DNA of 15,135 nucleotides from Chitinivibrionales bacterium (GTDB lineage Bacteria; Fibrobacterota; Chitinivibrionia; Chitinivibrionales; WJMI01): NCBI GenBank assembly GCA_014729595.1, contig WJJU01000318.1, positions 1 to 15,135 of the forward strand, read 5' to 3'. Shown piece by piece: positions 6,856 to 15,135 of this stretch (position 1 is its first letter; each line of letters starts with the position of its first letter). The notes under the pieces were generated by a model. It saw only the letters and a program-made list of their open reading frames with translations, ran no database searches and was not told where the DNA came from. The position numbers and the translations under genes were made by a program.

Positions 6856-9528
6856 CTACCGCTTTGTCTGTTTAAGCATCTCCTCAATTACCCCGCGGAG
6901 CCCTTCGACCGTACGTTGCTCTTCCGAGCCCCCCGCCGCGGAATCGGCGAGCCGCATAAGCTCTTCCGGTCGACGTGGAGGGCCGAACAGTACGCGTGTT
7001 GAAGCGGGGCCGGGGATTGCGCGGCCAATCGGCATCGCACGTCGAGTACCTTCGATCAAAACCGGTACTACGGGTAGTGGACGATGCCGGAGAAGCAGGC
7101 CGATACCCGGGCGAAACGGAAGAAGGTCCGGTCCGCGCGCGCGCCTCCCCTCCGGATACCAAACAAGGTTTTTTTTGCGGTCGATCATCGCCGCGGCAAG
7201 CGCCATGTCCGAACGAGCGGTCAATCCATGGCTAATGGGAACAGCTCCGGCAAGACGGCTTACAAAGCGGTTGAGCGGATTGGCGAAAGCGACTTCCGTC
7301 CCCCCCGCCCAGGCGGTATTGATTATCACCCGATAGGGAATCGACGCGGCTAATACGAAGGAATCGAGATAGCTGACGTGGTTTGGCGCGACAATGTATT
7401 GTCGATCTCGCAAAAGATTTTCCTTCCCCTCAACCTTGAGCCGAAAATATGAATGCATAATCAACCAGTTGAACCAATAGAGCGCTCGAGCCGCAAAACG
7501 CTCCATTACTCCAAGGGGTTCCAACCACTTACGAAGTTCGGGTTCCAGCGCATGTTCCGGGTTGCTGAAAGGATCGGTCTTTGCCCTTGGTCCCTCATGC
7601 GCACGAGCGACGGTGGCGCGCAACAAGTCACGCACGGTAGTAATGCGGCCGATCGTTTCTTCGTCGAGTTCTATGCCCGTTTTATCCCTGATATCCAGGG
7701 TTACCTCGAGCCATCCGAGAGAATCAACCCCCAAATCGAATTGCGGGGAGGTGTCGGGGGTCAGCTTTCGGTCACCAAAGCGCTTCGCCAACGCTTCCCA
7801 AACCGCCGCGGCGGTCGGATCACGAAGCAGCTCACGATCCGGGCCGGCCATATCGCCGATGGGTGTCGGTCCGCGCTCGCTTTCGGGGCGCTTGACGGTT
7901 GTTTGGAGTCGATCGAACCAATCGATCAACAAATGGCGGCGAATTTTCCCTAGGCGTGTTCGAGGAAGCTTTTCGCGCGAGAGAACATAGTTAACAATTC
8001 GTTTGTATGACGGCAGCTTTCCGGCGCAATTATCGAGTGCCTCCCGAACCGCTTCATCGATCGTCATGCCCCGCCGCGTAATTTTTTGCACATCGGGAAC
8101 CACAATCGCGGTCAAGGCGCCGTTTTTAGCGAATACACCGATTTCCTCGATGAATTCATGAGTCTCATATACCGCCTCGACCTCGTCGGGTTGTATGTTT
8201 TCCCCGCTTTCCGTTACTATCATCGACGATATTCTTCCAATCACGTACAATTGCCCGCCGGGGCCAAAGTACCCCAGATCTCCGGTCCGAAACCATCCGT
8301 CGCGAGTAAAGGATCTCGCCGTTTCTTCGGGCAAGTTTCGGTATCCGCCGAAAACCCCCGGCCCTCGGGCCTGTATCTCGCCCCGGCCGGTCATACCCAT
8401 TGGGGCCGCCGTGGTGTCAATGCGGATTTCGACACCCTTTACCGGTTTTCCCACGCTCCCCGGACGTCCCGTGCCCGGTGCCGCAATAGTAAGAAGCGGC
8501 GAGGTTTCGGTCAGCCCGTACCCCACGCCGATACGCCACCCCAGCGCTTCCAAGCGCGTGAAAAGATCCGGATCCAGCGCCGATCCGCCGGAAGCCAGCA
8601 CGCGGAGTTGCGGGCTGATTTCACGACGTATCTTGCTCAGCGCCATGCCGCCCCACCTGACGCCGTGTTCCCGCAAAAACGCCGCCGTACGCAACGCGGC
8701 CGTCGCGCCCGTCGCAACTACCGTTCCACGCGAACGAATTTTCCGCCGTATCCCCTCGTCAAGGGCCCGGTAAAGTCGTGGAACACCGATAATCACGGAT
8801 ACGTTTCCGTCACGTATCGCCCGCAACAATTCCGGCCCGGTCACTTCGTGGGGAATCACAATCGTTAAACCCAGGAACAAGGGTACAAAAAGGCCCACCA
8901 CCAGCGGGTAAACATGATGAAACGGCAACGGCAAAAGAATGCGGTCGCGTTCCGTAACTATCCGTGTGTCGACGACGGCGTCGAATTGACTGGTTATGTT
9001 CCTATGAGTCAATGGAACACCCTTGGGAGGGCCGGTGGTTCCCGAAGTGTAAAAAAGAACCGCCTCCCGGTCGGGGTGAAGCGGAGGAAGCCCGCCGGTC
9101 GTTGCGGACCTTTGCAGCGTGGCTCCAATGGGTTCCACTCGCGTTTTGAGACGCATTTTTCGGCCGGTTAATCGTTCCCGCATTTCCTCGTCGGCAACAA
9201 CCAACGAAGGAGTTCCATCATGCAGCACATGAAGAAGACTGCGTTCATCGAGCTGCCGATCAATCGGAAGAAGCGTGGCGCCGGTTCGAATGATCGCAAG
9301 GGCGGCAATAACCGCCTCTATCGAAGGCGCCGCCATAAGCGCTACAGGCTTTTCGGGTCCAACGCCGGCACGAATAAGCCCGCGTGCCGTCCCCTCAAGC
9401 CGGTCGGCCAACTCGGCGTAACTATGACGAACAACACCTTCGGCCTCGAACCGTACTAAAGCTTCCTTCGCTTTTCGAGCACGGAAGCTATTCGTCAGAG
9501 CCGCAAGTGTGTCCGGGCGTCCTTTCAT
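6856..9528 (-). CDS. Tri-domain fusion, 890 aa: fatty acyl-AMP/acyl-ACP synthetase (AMP-binding), an acyl-carrier-protein domain and a 1-acylglycerol-3-phosphate / lysophospholipid acyltransferase (PlsC/LPLAT). It is Aas-like but has permuted domain order.
   Basis: An N-terminal adenylate-forming domain carries the motif 'YTSGTTGPPKGV' and 'GYGLTETS...GEIQARGPGVFGGY'. A central carrier domain has the phosphopantetheine site 'LGVDSLGWLEVTL...TVRDLL'. A C-terminal acyltransferase has HX4D 'APNHVSYLDSFVLAA' and 'VWYPEGRRARG' (the FPEGTR block). E. coli Aas has the opposite order and no ACP domain. Confidence 0.9.
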   Translation of the reverse strand: MKGRPDTLAALTNSFRARKAKEALVRFEAEGVVRHSYAELADRLEGTARGLIRAGVGPEKPVALMAAPSIEAVIAALAIIRTGATLLPIDRQLDERSLLHVLHDGTPSLVVADEEMRERLTGRKMRLKTRVEPIGATLQRSATTGGLPPLHPDREAVLFYTSGTTGPPKGVPLTHRNITSQFDAVVDTRIVTERDRILLPLPFHHVYPLVVGLFVPLFLGLTIVIPHEVTGPELLRAIRDGNVSVIIGVPRLYRALDEGIRRKIRSRGTVVATGATAALRTAAFLREHGVRWGGMALSKIRREISPQLRVLASGGSALDPDLFTRLEALGWRIGVGYGLTETSPLLTIAAPGTGRPGSVGKPVKGVEIRIDTTAAPMGMTGRGEIQARGPGVFGGYRNLPEETARSFTRDGWFRTGDLGYFGPGGQLYVIGRISSMIVTESGENIQPDEVEAVYETHEFIEEIGVFAKNGALTAIVVPDVQKITRRGMTIDEAVREALDNCAGKLPSYKRIVNYVLSREKLPRTRLGKIRRHLLIDWFDRLQTTVKRPESERGPTPIGDMAGPDRELLRDPTAAAVWEALAKRFGDRKLTPDTSPQFDLGVDSLGWLEVTLDIRDKTGIELDEETIGRITTVRDLLRATVARAHEGPRAKTDPFSNPEHALEPELRKWLEPLGVMERFAARALYWFNWLIMHSYFRLKVEGKENLLRDRQYIVAPNHVSYLDSFVLAASIPYRVIINTAWAGGTEVAFANPLNRFVSRLAGAVPISHGLTARSDMALAAAMIDRKKNLVWYPEGRRARGPDLLPFRPGIGLLLRHRPLPVVPVLIEGTRRAMPIGRAIPGPASTRVLFGPPRRPEELMRLADSAAGGSEEQRTVEGLRGVIEEMLKQTKR

Positions 9529-9747
9529 GGTCGGTATCCGGATACATGGTAAGGTGGAGGTACGTTGTCACGGTATCCTTCAGGCTATCATAATCGTTTC
9601 GGGTTTCGCTCTTCGGAGCCGGGCTCCCTGTTTTCGCCCGTCAGAGGAACGATTAAGGCCGAAAGGATAGTTTACATCAAAATGAATGCAAATTATGTGC
9701 CGCCGGAAGCACCCCCTAAGCGGGGTATGGCCGGGATGTGAGGTTTC

Positions 9748-11673
9748 TCACTCAAAGCCGTAGTAATCCGGATGCTTGTCGATGATCATCCGGGCGATAA
9801 TCTGCGGGACGTATTCGCGGGTTTCTTGCGCAAGGAGTGTGCTGGTGCGGTAGAGATACCAGAAATCGTGATCATGAAACGGGTCCTCGATTTGTGCGAG
9901 CGCCCGGCGGATCTTACCTTCGCCGGCATTGTAGGCGGCAATCGCCAGCATCACGTCACCGCCGCCGCCGAATTGACTTATAAGAAAATGAAGGTATTTC
10001 GCGGCGGCATGGGTGGATTTCCTCCAGTCAAGTCGCTCGTCCATGATCGAACTCACCTCGAGTCCGAATCGTCTGCCGGTCGCCGGCATGAACTGCCACA
10101 TACCCAGCGCGCCGGCCACGCTCTCGACATCCTCCTTGAGCGCACTTTCCTGCATGGCCACATAAGCCAGGACCCCCGGAAGGCGATAGCGTCTGAATGT
10201 GCGATGAATCTCGGGGAAATATGTAGCTTTACGCTGCATGATCCTTTCTGTCGAGGATTTCATCCGCCCGCTGAATAGCTCGATATAGTGCTTCACCCGG
10301 CTCAGCATCTGCGGGGGTACGTGATAGTTGGTCTCTTTAAACTCCCGCATTACCTCATCGATGAAATATTCTACGGTATCGGTATAGAACCTGCGATGAT
10401 CGGCTTGATCCAGCAGGCCCTTAACCGAATCGAGTTCGGATTTGCGTTCTTGTAGTTGGGCGTACAATCGATTCAATTCATCCCGCGCACCCTCCTTACC
10501 GCGAACCTTCTCCATTTGACGTTCATATCCGTCGAGTTCCCGCTCGATTTCGAGGCCCTTGGATAAGATGCTTCGATAACGGAAATAGCCGACACCGAAA
10601 TAGATCGCGGCCGCCAATGCCACGCCGACGGCGGTTCCGAAGATGATGAAATGAGTCCGGCGCATCGTCCGATAAGCCTTTACAAAAGAATCCATCGTTC
10701 TTCGCTGCGCCTTGCCGATCTTTTCATCCGCCAGCACTCTTCCCCGCTTCGCATTATCGCGAACCAAGATCTTGATGTCGCCGGTATTGAGCATCTGTTC
10801 GCGGAGTCGCGATTGTATTTCCACCGTTAAGGGAGGCCCGTCTTTGGTCGGCTCGGAGGAGTTTGTCGGCGCGGCCGGATATCCCAGCGGGACATCCGAG
10901 AGACTCAGGGATCCGGTTAAGGCGACACCGTCACCCGACGGGACCGCCTCGTCGCGCCCCTTGGATGCATCGAGGTCTCCCGAACGGGTCCGAGAAGTAC
11001 CGTTATCACCACCGCTCGAAGGTGCTCGGGAAGTAGCGTTCCGCTCGTCACTCGATTGCGGCCGCGAGGAGTCGTCGTCTGGAGACAGTGCAAGATCATC
11101 GTTATTTTCGTTGTGAATCGCTCTTCGTGAGGTGTCCTCGATGTCGGTCTCGCCGTGTAGGGGCGGCTCATAACCGACGGCTTCCGTGTTGGACGACGGC
11201 TTTTTCGGCGGTTCGGCATCCGAAGGCGGTATCGGCCGTACTGCTTGTGTTCCCTCATCGGCCGCCAGAGCGAGTTCATCACCAAGCTCACCCCACACCG
11301 GTGCGCGTCGCCCGTTGCTCTCGTGGCTCCCGGCTCCCGTCACCGACGATGCGGCGGGAAGCTCATCGGCCGGTACAACTCTGAATTGCGGACCGCTGTG
11401 CGCCAACGATACGATATCTTTTGAAGAGATGTGTTGGTGCTCAACTTCTTCACCGTTAACGTAGGTACCGTTCGTACTCCGGCTGTCATGCACCGAAACA
11501 CCATCCCGCCCTACACGGATTATGGCATGAAGTCCCGACACCTGCTTGGCGCCTTTTCCCAGACATACGGGGTTCGATTGATGACGTCCAATTGTCGTCT
11601 CGCCCTCTTGCAACTCAAATCGTTGCCCCGCGCATTCTCCACTGATAATTTCAAGTATATAGGGTCCCGCCAT
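9748..11673 (-). CDS. FHA-domain / transmembrane / lytic transglycosylase (SLT family) fusion protein. The start is proposed at the ATG at 11673; the track ORF extends to 11736.
   Basis: The N-terminal FHA domain reads 'TTIGRHQSNPVCLG...VSGLHAIIRVGRDGVSVHDSRSTNGTYVNGEEV...DIVSL'. A disordered linker of roughly 200 aa, rich in Ser/Asp/Pro/Gly, follows, then one TM helix 'HFIIFGTAVGVALAAAIYFGVGYF' (about 10572-10644) and a coiled-coil segment. The C-terminal SLT domain has 'AMQESALK...SVAGALGMWQFMPATG...AKYL...MLAIAAYNAGEG' (catalytic ES, GLMQ-like and AYNAG motifs). Confidence 0.85.
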   Translation of the reverse strand: MAGPYILEIISGECAGQRFELQEGETTIGRHQSNPVCLGKGAKQVSGLHAIIRVGRDGVSVHDSRSTNGTYVNGEEVEHQHISSKDIVSLAHSGPQFRVVPADELPAASSVTGAGSHESNGRRAPVWGELGDELALAADEGTQAVRPIPPSDAEPPKKPSSNTEAVGYEPPLHGETDIEDTSRRAIHNENNDDLALSPDDDSSRPQSSDERNATSRAPSSGGDNGTSRTRSGDLDASKGRDEAVPSGDGVALTGSLSLSDVPLGYPAAPTNSSEPTKDGPPLTVEIQSRLREQMLNTGDIKILVRDNAKRGRVLADEKIGKAQRRTMDSFVKAYRTMRRTHFIIFGTAVGVALAAAIYFGVGYFRYRSILSKGLEIERELDGYERQMEKVRGKEGARDELNRLYAQLQERKSELDSVKGLLDQADHRRFYTDTVEYFIDEVMREFKETNYHVPPQMLSRVKHYIELFSGRMKSSTERIMQRKATYFPEIHRTFRRYRLPGVLAYVAMQESALKEDVESVAGALGMWQFMPATGRRFGLEVSSIMDERLDWRKSTHAAAKYLHFLISQFGGGGDVMLAIAAYNAGEGKIRRALAQIEDPFHDHDFWYLYRTSTLLAQETREYVPQIIARMIIDKHPDYYGFE

Positions 11674-12078
11674 TACCGTGTCGTCCTCTGGTGCAAGGTT
11701 GGGGTGAACTGACCTGCTTGTGTGGCACCACATCATATACCGGGGTAAGCCGATAATCGACGGTATGTCCCCCGCCGATTAGGGTGTGCCGATGAAACCA
11801 ACGTACCATTGTACCAAAATTACAAAATTACGTTGTGCGGATGGGAGAGAAAACGCCATTTGCCTTTTTAGGGTTTAATCAGAAAAACGAATATCACCTA
11901 GCACCGAGGCGGATGATCCATGCCACGGCCGACAAGCCTTGCCCGCATTCCAGTCAGGATTTATTTTAAGCGTTCCGTTCTGTCAAATGGTTCAATGCGC
12001 GACCGGCGCCGCGGTCAACGTTGAGCGTCGGGGGGACGCCATGCTCCACGAACCATCAATCCGTAGGTTGCCCATGCT

Positions 12079-15000
12079 ATGAAAGGTCTCAAGATACTAA
12101 GAAAGCTGTTCAAGCCCCGAAAAAAAAGCGGGGGCAAAGCGCCGCCTTCATCTCCCGAAATTACCAAGCTGGTCAACAACGCAACCAGCCGTTATCTCTC
12201 CGTCGTGGGTGCGCGTGGATTGTTTAAAAAAAGGGCGCTCTACGAACGACCCTGGTTCCTGGTTTGCGGACCGACCGGCAGCGGAAAGTCGTCGCTCCTG
12301 TCCACGGCCGGAATGGACTCGGCGGCTTCGTATCCCGACGAATCCGACGGATTCGTCGATCAGGAGGGTGTGCAAATACAGTGGCGTTTCGCCGACGGCG
12401 CCGTTTGGATTGATATTGACGGACATTTGGTGACCGAAGAAGGAAGTGCGGAATTCGAATCGCTGGTCGGCGCACTGCATTCGGTGCGTCCGCTTCGGCC
12501 CCTCGACGGTATCGTGATGGTGTGCGCCGCGGGAACGCTGCAGGAGGGTGCTCAAGAAGATGCGAGAGATCTTGCCGTAAAACTGCGTCGTTGCATAGAT
12601 AAAGCCATTACGGTATGGGGCGTGGAGCTTCCCGTGTACCTCGTATTCTCCAAGGCCGACGAAATAGTCGGCTTCAAAGAGATTTTCGGCGATCCTTCCG
12701 GCAAATGGGACGAACGTGTGCTCGGCAGCGCAATGCAGGAGGACAATAGCGCAAAGCTTCCTCGGTTCGCTTTCCTGGAAGAGTTCGGCTTCGTACTCGA
12801 CTCGGTTAAAGACATACAGGTCAAGATGTTGGCGCGGGAAAGGCGTCAAAGTGCGCGAAGGCGAATATGCGAATTCCCCATTCACCTTGAAGCACTTCGT
12901 GAAAGGATGTCCGTCCTGGTGGCAATGCTCTATCGGCCTTCCACTTACGAAGGCAAACCGCGACTCGGAGGGTTCTATTTCACCAGTTGCCCCGCCGACG
13001 ATCAGCAGGTTGCCGAAGAGCCGGAAGAAGAGCAGTCACTCGACATTAGCAACACGGTTTTCAGCCATCCTCTCAATCCAAAGAAACCCCAAACGAAAAA
13101 GTCGAGATCGAAGAAACGGTCTCGTGAGCAGCCTTCGTTCTTTGTCCGGTCGCTCTTTTTAAATGTTTTGCCGGCGGCGCCCCAACCTATTACACGAACC
13201 CAAAAGCATGAACGGCACGAAAAGATGCGTGTCTTCAAGCGAGCGGCCGTCGCGGGCGTATCGGTGGCGGCGGTACTTTGGATTGTATGGGCGATGACTC
13301 TCGGGGTGCAATCGAACGAAAAGCAACTCCGCAAAGACTTGTCGGCTTCGCCTACACTCTCGGCACAGGGAATTAAGCGACTTGCTGTTATAAAGGATCA
13401 TTTCGAACGATACCGTACATACGCGGAGGGGCGCCGAACAATCCCGATGATCGTATCCGGCTACAATGCCGAAAAATCTTACCGGGCGGTGAGGGACGCT
13501 TACTACTCTTCGTTGCGCACCGTGGTCGTCGAACCATGTTCCACCATACTGTGCCGATCGCTCATCAACATGATAAACCTTCCCGACAACAGTCCCGAAA
13601 ACGATTTCGGTGAACTAAAACGAACTTTTCGCGCCTATCTGAGCATTTCGGCCGCGGGGCGAAGCTATGACGAACTGATTGTTGATGAGAGCGGGATCGT
13701 ATCAACGCTGCGCAAGGCGATGCTCAAGGGAGTAATAAGGAAAAGGTCGGTTTCAGAACCGCTCGACTCCGCACTAACCTCGGTTATTACCTCGTATGTC
13801 GCGCTTCTTAAGAAAAACAGTAATCCACCGGTAATTCGTTCGGATAAGCCACTCATTTCGCGCGTGCAGCTCAAGCTTGTCAGCCTTTTCGACGCCGATG
13901 CGGTATATGAGACGGTTCTTGCCAAGTGCCTGCGTGGTGCGGACAAGCTGTTCCTCAAAGATATTGTCGATGAAAGCGGTTCCTTTGCGATGAACACGGA
14001 TGAACCGCTCAGCGGCGCGTTCACGCCGGAGGGTTGGAACGACCAGGTCAGAAATCAAATTCTTGAAGCGAGCAGGCGCTTAGAGACGATCGAGGATTGG
14101 GTAATCGGCAATAACAGAAATCGGATATCCGAGGCGTTTATCGACCCGGAGCATCTTCAAACCGAAATGGTGACTCGTTACCTGGAAGACACTAAATCCG
14201 CTTGGCGCGACTACCTTTCATCGTTGAACACCGAGCAGTTCACGGACATGGAGGACGCCAAGAAAAAGCTGCTCGAACTCAGCGGCGATCGTTCGATCAT
14301 TGCTCTCGTATCGGGGCGGCTGAAAGAGTGGATCGGTCAATTTGAGCCCGATTCCGCCGGAACAATGAAGGAAGCGCTTGCGGGATTCGGCGAGGAAATG
14401 GCATTTGTGGGTGAATTCAATTCAGCACGACTCGGCGAATACCAAAAGCGCCTTGCCGACGTTGCCGAGGGGGTTGAAACGGCCGTTGCGGAAGGATCGA
14501 TAGCCGGAGTATTCAACGGACATAAGGACGATCCTTTGGTCGCCGCCTACGACCATGTCGGCTCGACCATGCTGCCCTCGATGGGCGACCTGGAGAAGGT
14601 CTATTTTCACGACATGCTCATGAATCCTCTTCGACGGACCATAGAGCTGGTGCGGCTGCCGTTGTGTGACGAAATTAATGAGGCATGGCGGGCGGAGGTG
14701 TACGACGTGTTCGCCGGATCCTGCAGCGGACAATATCCGTTTGTTGATGTTGAAACGGAAGCGCTTTACAGTGTTGTCATGTCCTTGTTCGAGCCCCAAA
14801 CCGGGGCGATTTGGAGAACGTACGAAAACTATCTTTCCCCGTACCTTATGGAAAAGCACGGCAAATGGTCACGCAGGAAATTGGCGGGGATGATCCCACT
14901 GGAGGTTTCGCCGGGGCTAACGACCTGCCTTACCCATGCGAAAAGGATAACCGAGGTCTTTTACAAGAGCGATGGAAGCCCGCGTACCTGGAGTATAAGC

Positions 15001-15135
15001 ATCACCCCTCAAACGAGTAATTTGACGAAAGCGCAAATTGTCATGGACAAAACGGCCGGCGACCTTATTGCGAAAAGGGAAATCAGGTTGATGTGGCCGA
15101 TCAGTGGGGGCAAACCGGGTATACGGCTGACGTTC
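12079..15135 (+). CDS. tssM: TssM/IcmF-like type VI secretion membrane-complex protein, 3'-truncated by the window end. At least 1019 aa are encoded in the window.
   Basis: Frame 1 is open from the ATG at 12079, with an in-frame TAG at 12064 just upstream, to the last base of the window. It is absent from the ORF track because no stop occurs. Hallmarks are 'ALYERPWFLVCGPTGSGKSSLL' (P-loop, 12268-12291), 'WRFADGAVWIDIDG', 'PLDGIVMVCAAG', 'LPVYLVFSKAD', 'RLGGFYFTS', a TM helix 'AVAGVSVAAVLWIVWAMTLGV' (about 13240-13310), then a periplasmic region with 'FTPEGWN' and 'GQYPF'. The N-terminal pair of TM helices found in canonical TssM is missing. Confidence 0.85.
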   Translation, partial: MKGLKILRKLFKPRKKSGGKAPPSSPEITKLVNNATSRYLSVVGARGLFKKRALYERPWFLVCGPTGSGKSSLLSTAGMDSAASYPDESDGFVDQEGVQIQWRFADGAVWIDIDGHLVTEEGSAEFESLVGALHSVRPLRPLDGIVMVCAAGTLQEGAQEDARDLAVKLRRCIDKAITVWGVELPVYLVFSKADEIVGFKEIFGDPSGKWDERVLGSAMQEDNSAKLPRFAFLEEFGFVLDSVKDIQVKMLARERRQSARRRICEFPIHLEALRERMSVLVAMLYRPSTYEGKPRLGGFYFTSCPADDQQVAEEPEEEQSLDISNTVFSHPLNPKKPQTKKSRSKKRSREQPSFFVRSLFLNVLPAAPQPITRTQKHERHEKMRVFKRAAVAGVSVAAVLWIVWAMTLGVQSNEKQLRKDLSASPTLSAQGIKRLAVIKDHFERYRTYAEGRRTIPMIVSGYNAEKSYRAVRDAYYSSLRTVVVEPCSTILCRSLINMINLPDNSPENDFGELKRTFRAYLSISAAGRSYDELIVDESGIVSTLRKAMLKGVIRKRSVSEPLDSALTSVITSYVALLKKNSNPPVIRSDKPLISRVQLKLVSLFDADAVYETVLAKCLRGADKLFLKDIVDESGSFAMNTDEPLSGAFTPEGWNDQVRNQILEASRRLETIEDWVIGNNRNRISEAFIDPEHLQTEMVTRYLEDTKSAWRDYLSSLNTEQFTDMEDAKKKLLELSGDRSIIALVSGRLKEWIGQFEPDSAGTMKEALAGFGEEMAFVGEFNSARLGEYQKRLADVAEGVETAVAEGSIAGVFNGHKDDPLVAAYDHVGSTMLPSMGDLEKVYFHDMLMNPLRRTIELVRLPLCDEINEAWRAEVYDVFAGSCSGQYPFVDVETEALYSVVMSLFEPQTGAIWRTYENYLSPYLMEKHGKWSRRKLAGMIPLEVSPGLTTCLTHAKRITEVFYKSDGSPRTWSISITPQTSNLTKAQIVMDKTAGDLIAKREIRLMWPISGGKPGIRLTF

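Noticed and set aside
7453-8868. Plus-strand ORFs of 142-260 aa (7453..7953, 7562..7990, 8086..8868, 8195..8773) inside the acyltransferase-fusion gene.
   Set aside because: They are antisense to a strongly supported 890-aa CDS with recognisable motifs. Their products are Arg/Pro/Ser-rich low-complexity translations typical of GC-rich antisense frames.
9615-9634. GGAGCC-G-GGCTCC inverted repeat followed by CTGTTTTC, between the FHA-SLT gene and the acyltransferase fusion gene.
   Set aside because: The U-tract is on the plus strand, where no upstream gene exists. On the minus strand the hairpin is not followed by U's. The stem/loop geometry is marginal.
11674-11736. N-terminal extension of the FHA-SLT ORF (MMWCHTSRSVHPNLAPEDDTV) from the track start at 11736.
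   Set aside because: No SD is present, and the extension is non-conserved-looking. The ATG at 11673 gives a typical spacing of about 25 aa before the FHA core. The true start cannot be decided without homologues.
12148-12885. Minus-strand ORF of 245 aa, plus others at 13002..14859, overlapping the tssM region.
   Set aside because: They are antisense to the uninterrupted TssM reading frame, which has many conserved family motifs. They show no recognisable domains.

Overview
The window looks like about 15 kb of chromosome from a moderately GC-rich (roughly 55-60%) bacterium with an anaerobic lifestyle, judging from the ferredoxin, superoxide reductase and encapsulin genes. No rRNA, tRNA, CRISPR array or transposase was recognised. 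The main blocks are:

- **1..366 (+):** 3' end of a PyrD-like dihydroorotate-dehydrogenase-family gene, followed by a 600-bp structured, GC-rich intergenic region.
- **972..3153 (+):** A plus-strand oxidative-stress/iron operon: a small 4Fe-4S ferredoxin, an encapsulated ferritin (EncFtn) with a C-terminal targeting peptide, a family-1 encapsulin shell protein and a 1Fe superoxide reductase (neelaredoxin). It ends in a 21-bp tandem duplication and a strong Rho-independent terminator.
- **3520..4907 (-):** A 4-TM membrane protein, then an unusual 184-aa protein with an N-terminal AT-hook-like basic region and a C-terminus identical to the SSB acidic tip (DDDDIPF). A possible 64-aa small gene (5176..5370, +) follows, behind an AT-rich promoter-like region.
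- **5451..9528 (-):** A lipid module: an 890-aa AMP-ligase/ACP/lysophospholipid-acyltransferase tri-domain fusion (an Aas-like enzyme with permuted domain order and its own carrier domain), a 64-aa helical protein and an alpha/beta hydrolase.
- **9748..11673 (-):** An FHA domain fused via a long disordered linker and one TM helix to a periplasmic SLT lytic-transglycosylase domain.
- **12079..15135 (+, truncated by the window end):** Divergent from the FHA-SLT gene, a TssM/IcmF-like type VI secretion membrane-complex gene that is absent from the supplied ORF track because it has no stop codon in the window. It lacks the usual N-terminal TM hairpin.

The most interesting candidates are the FHA-SLT fusion next to tssM (a possible phospho-regulated peptidoglycan-remodelling partner for the T6SS membrane complex) and the AT-hook/SSB-tail mimic protein.
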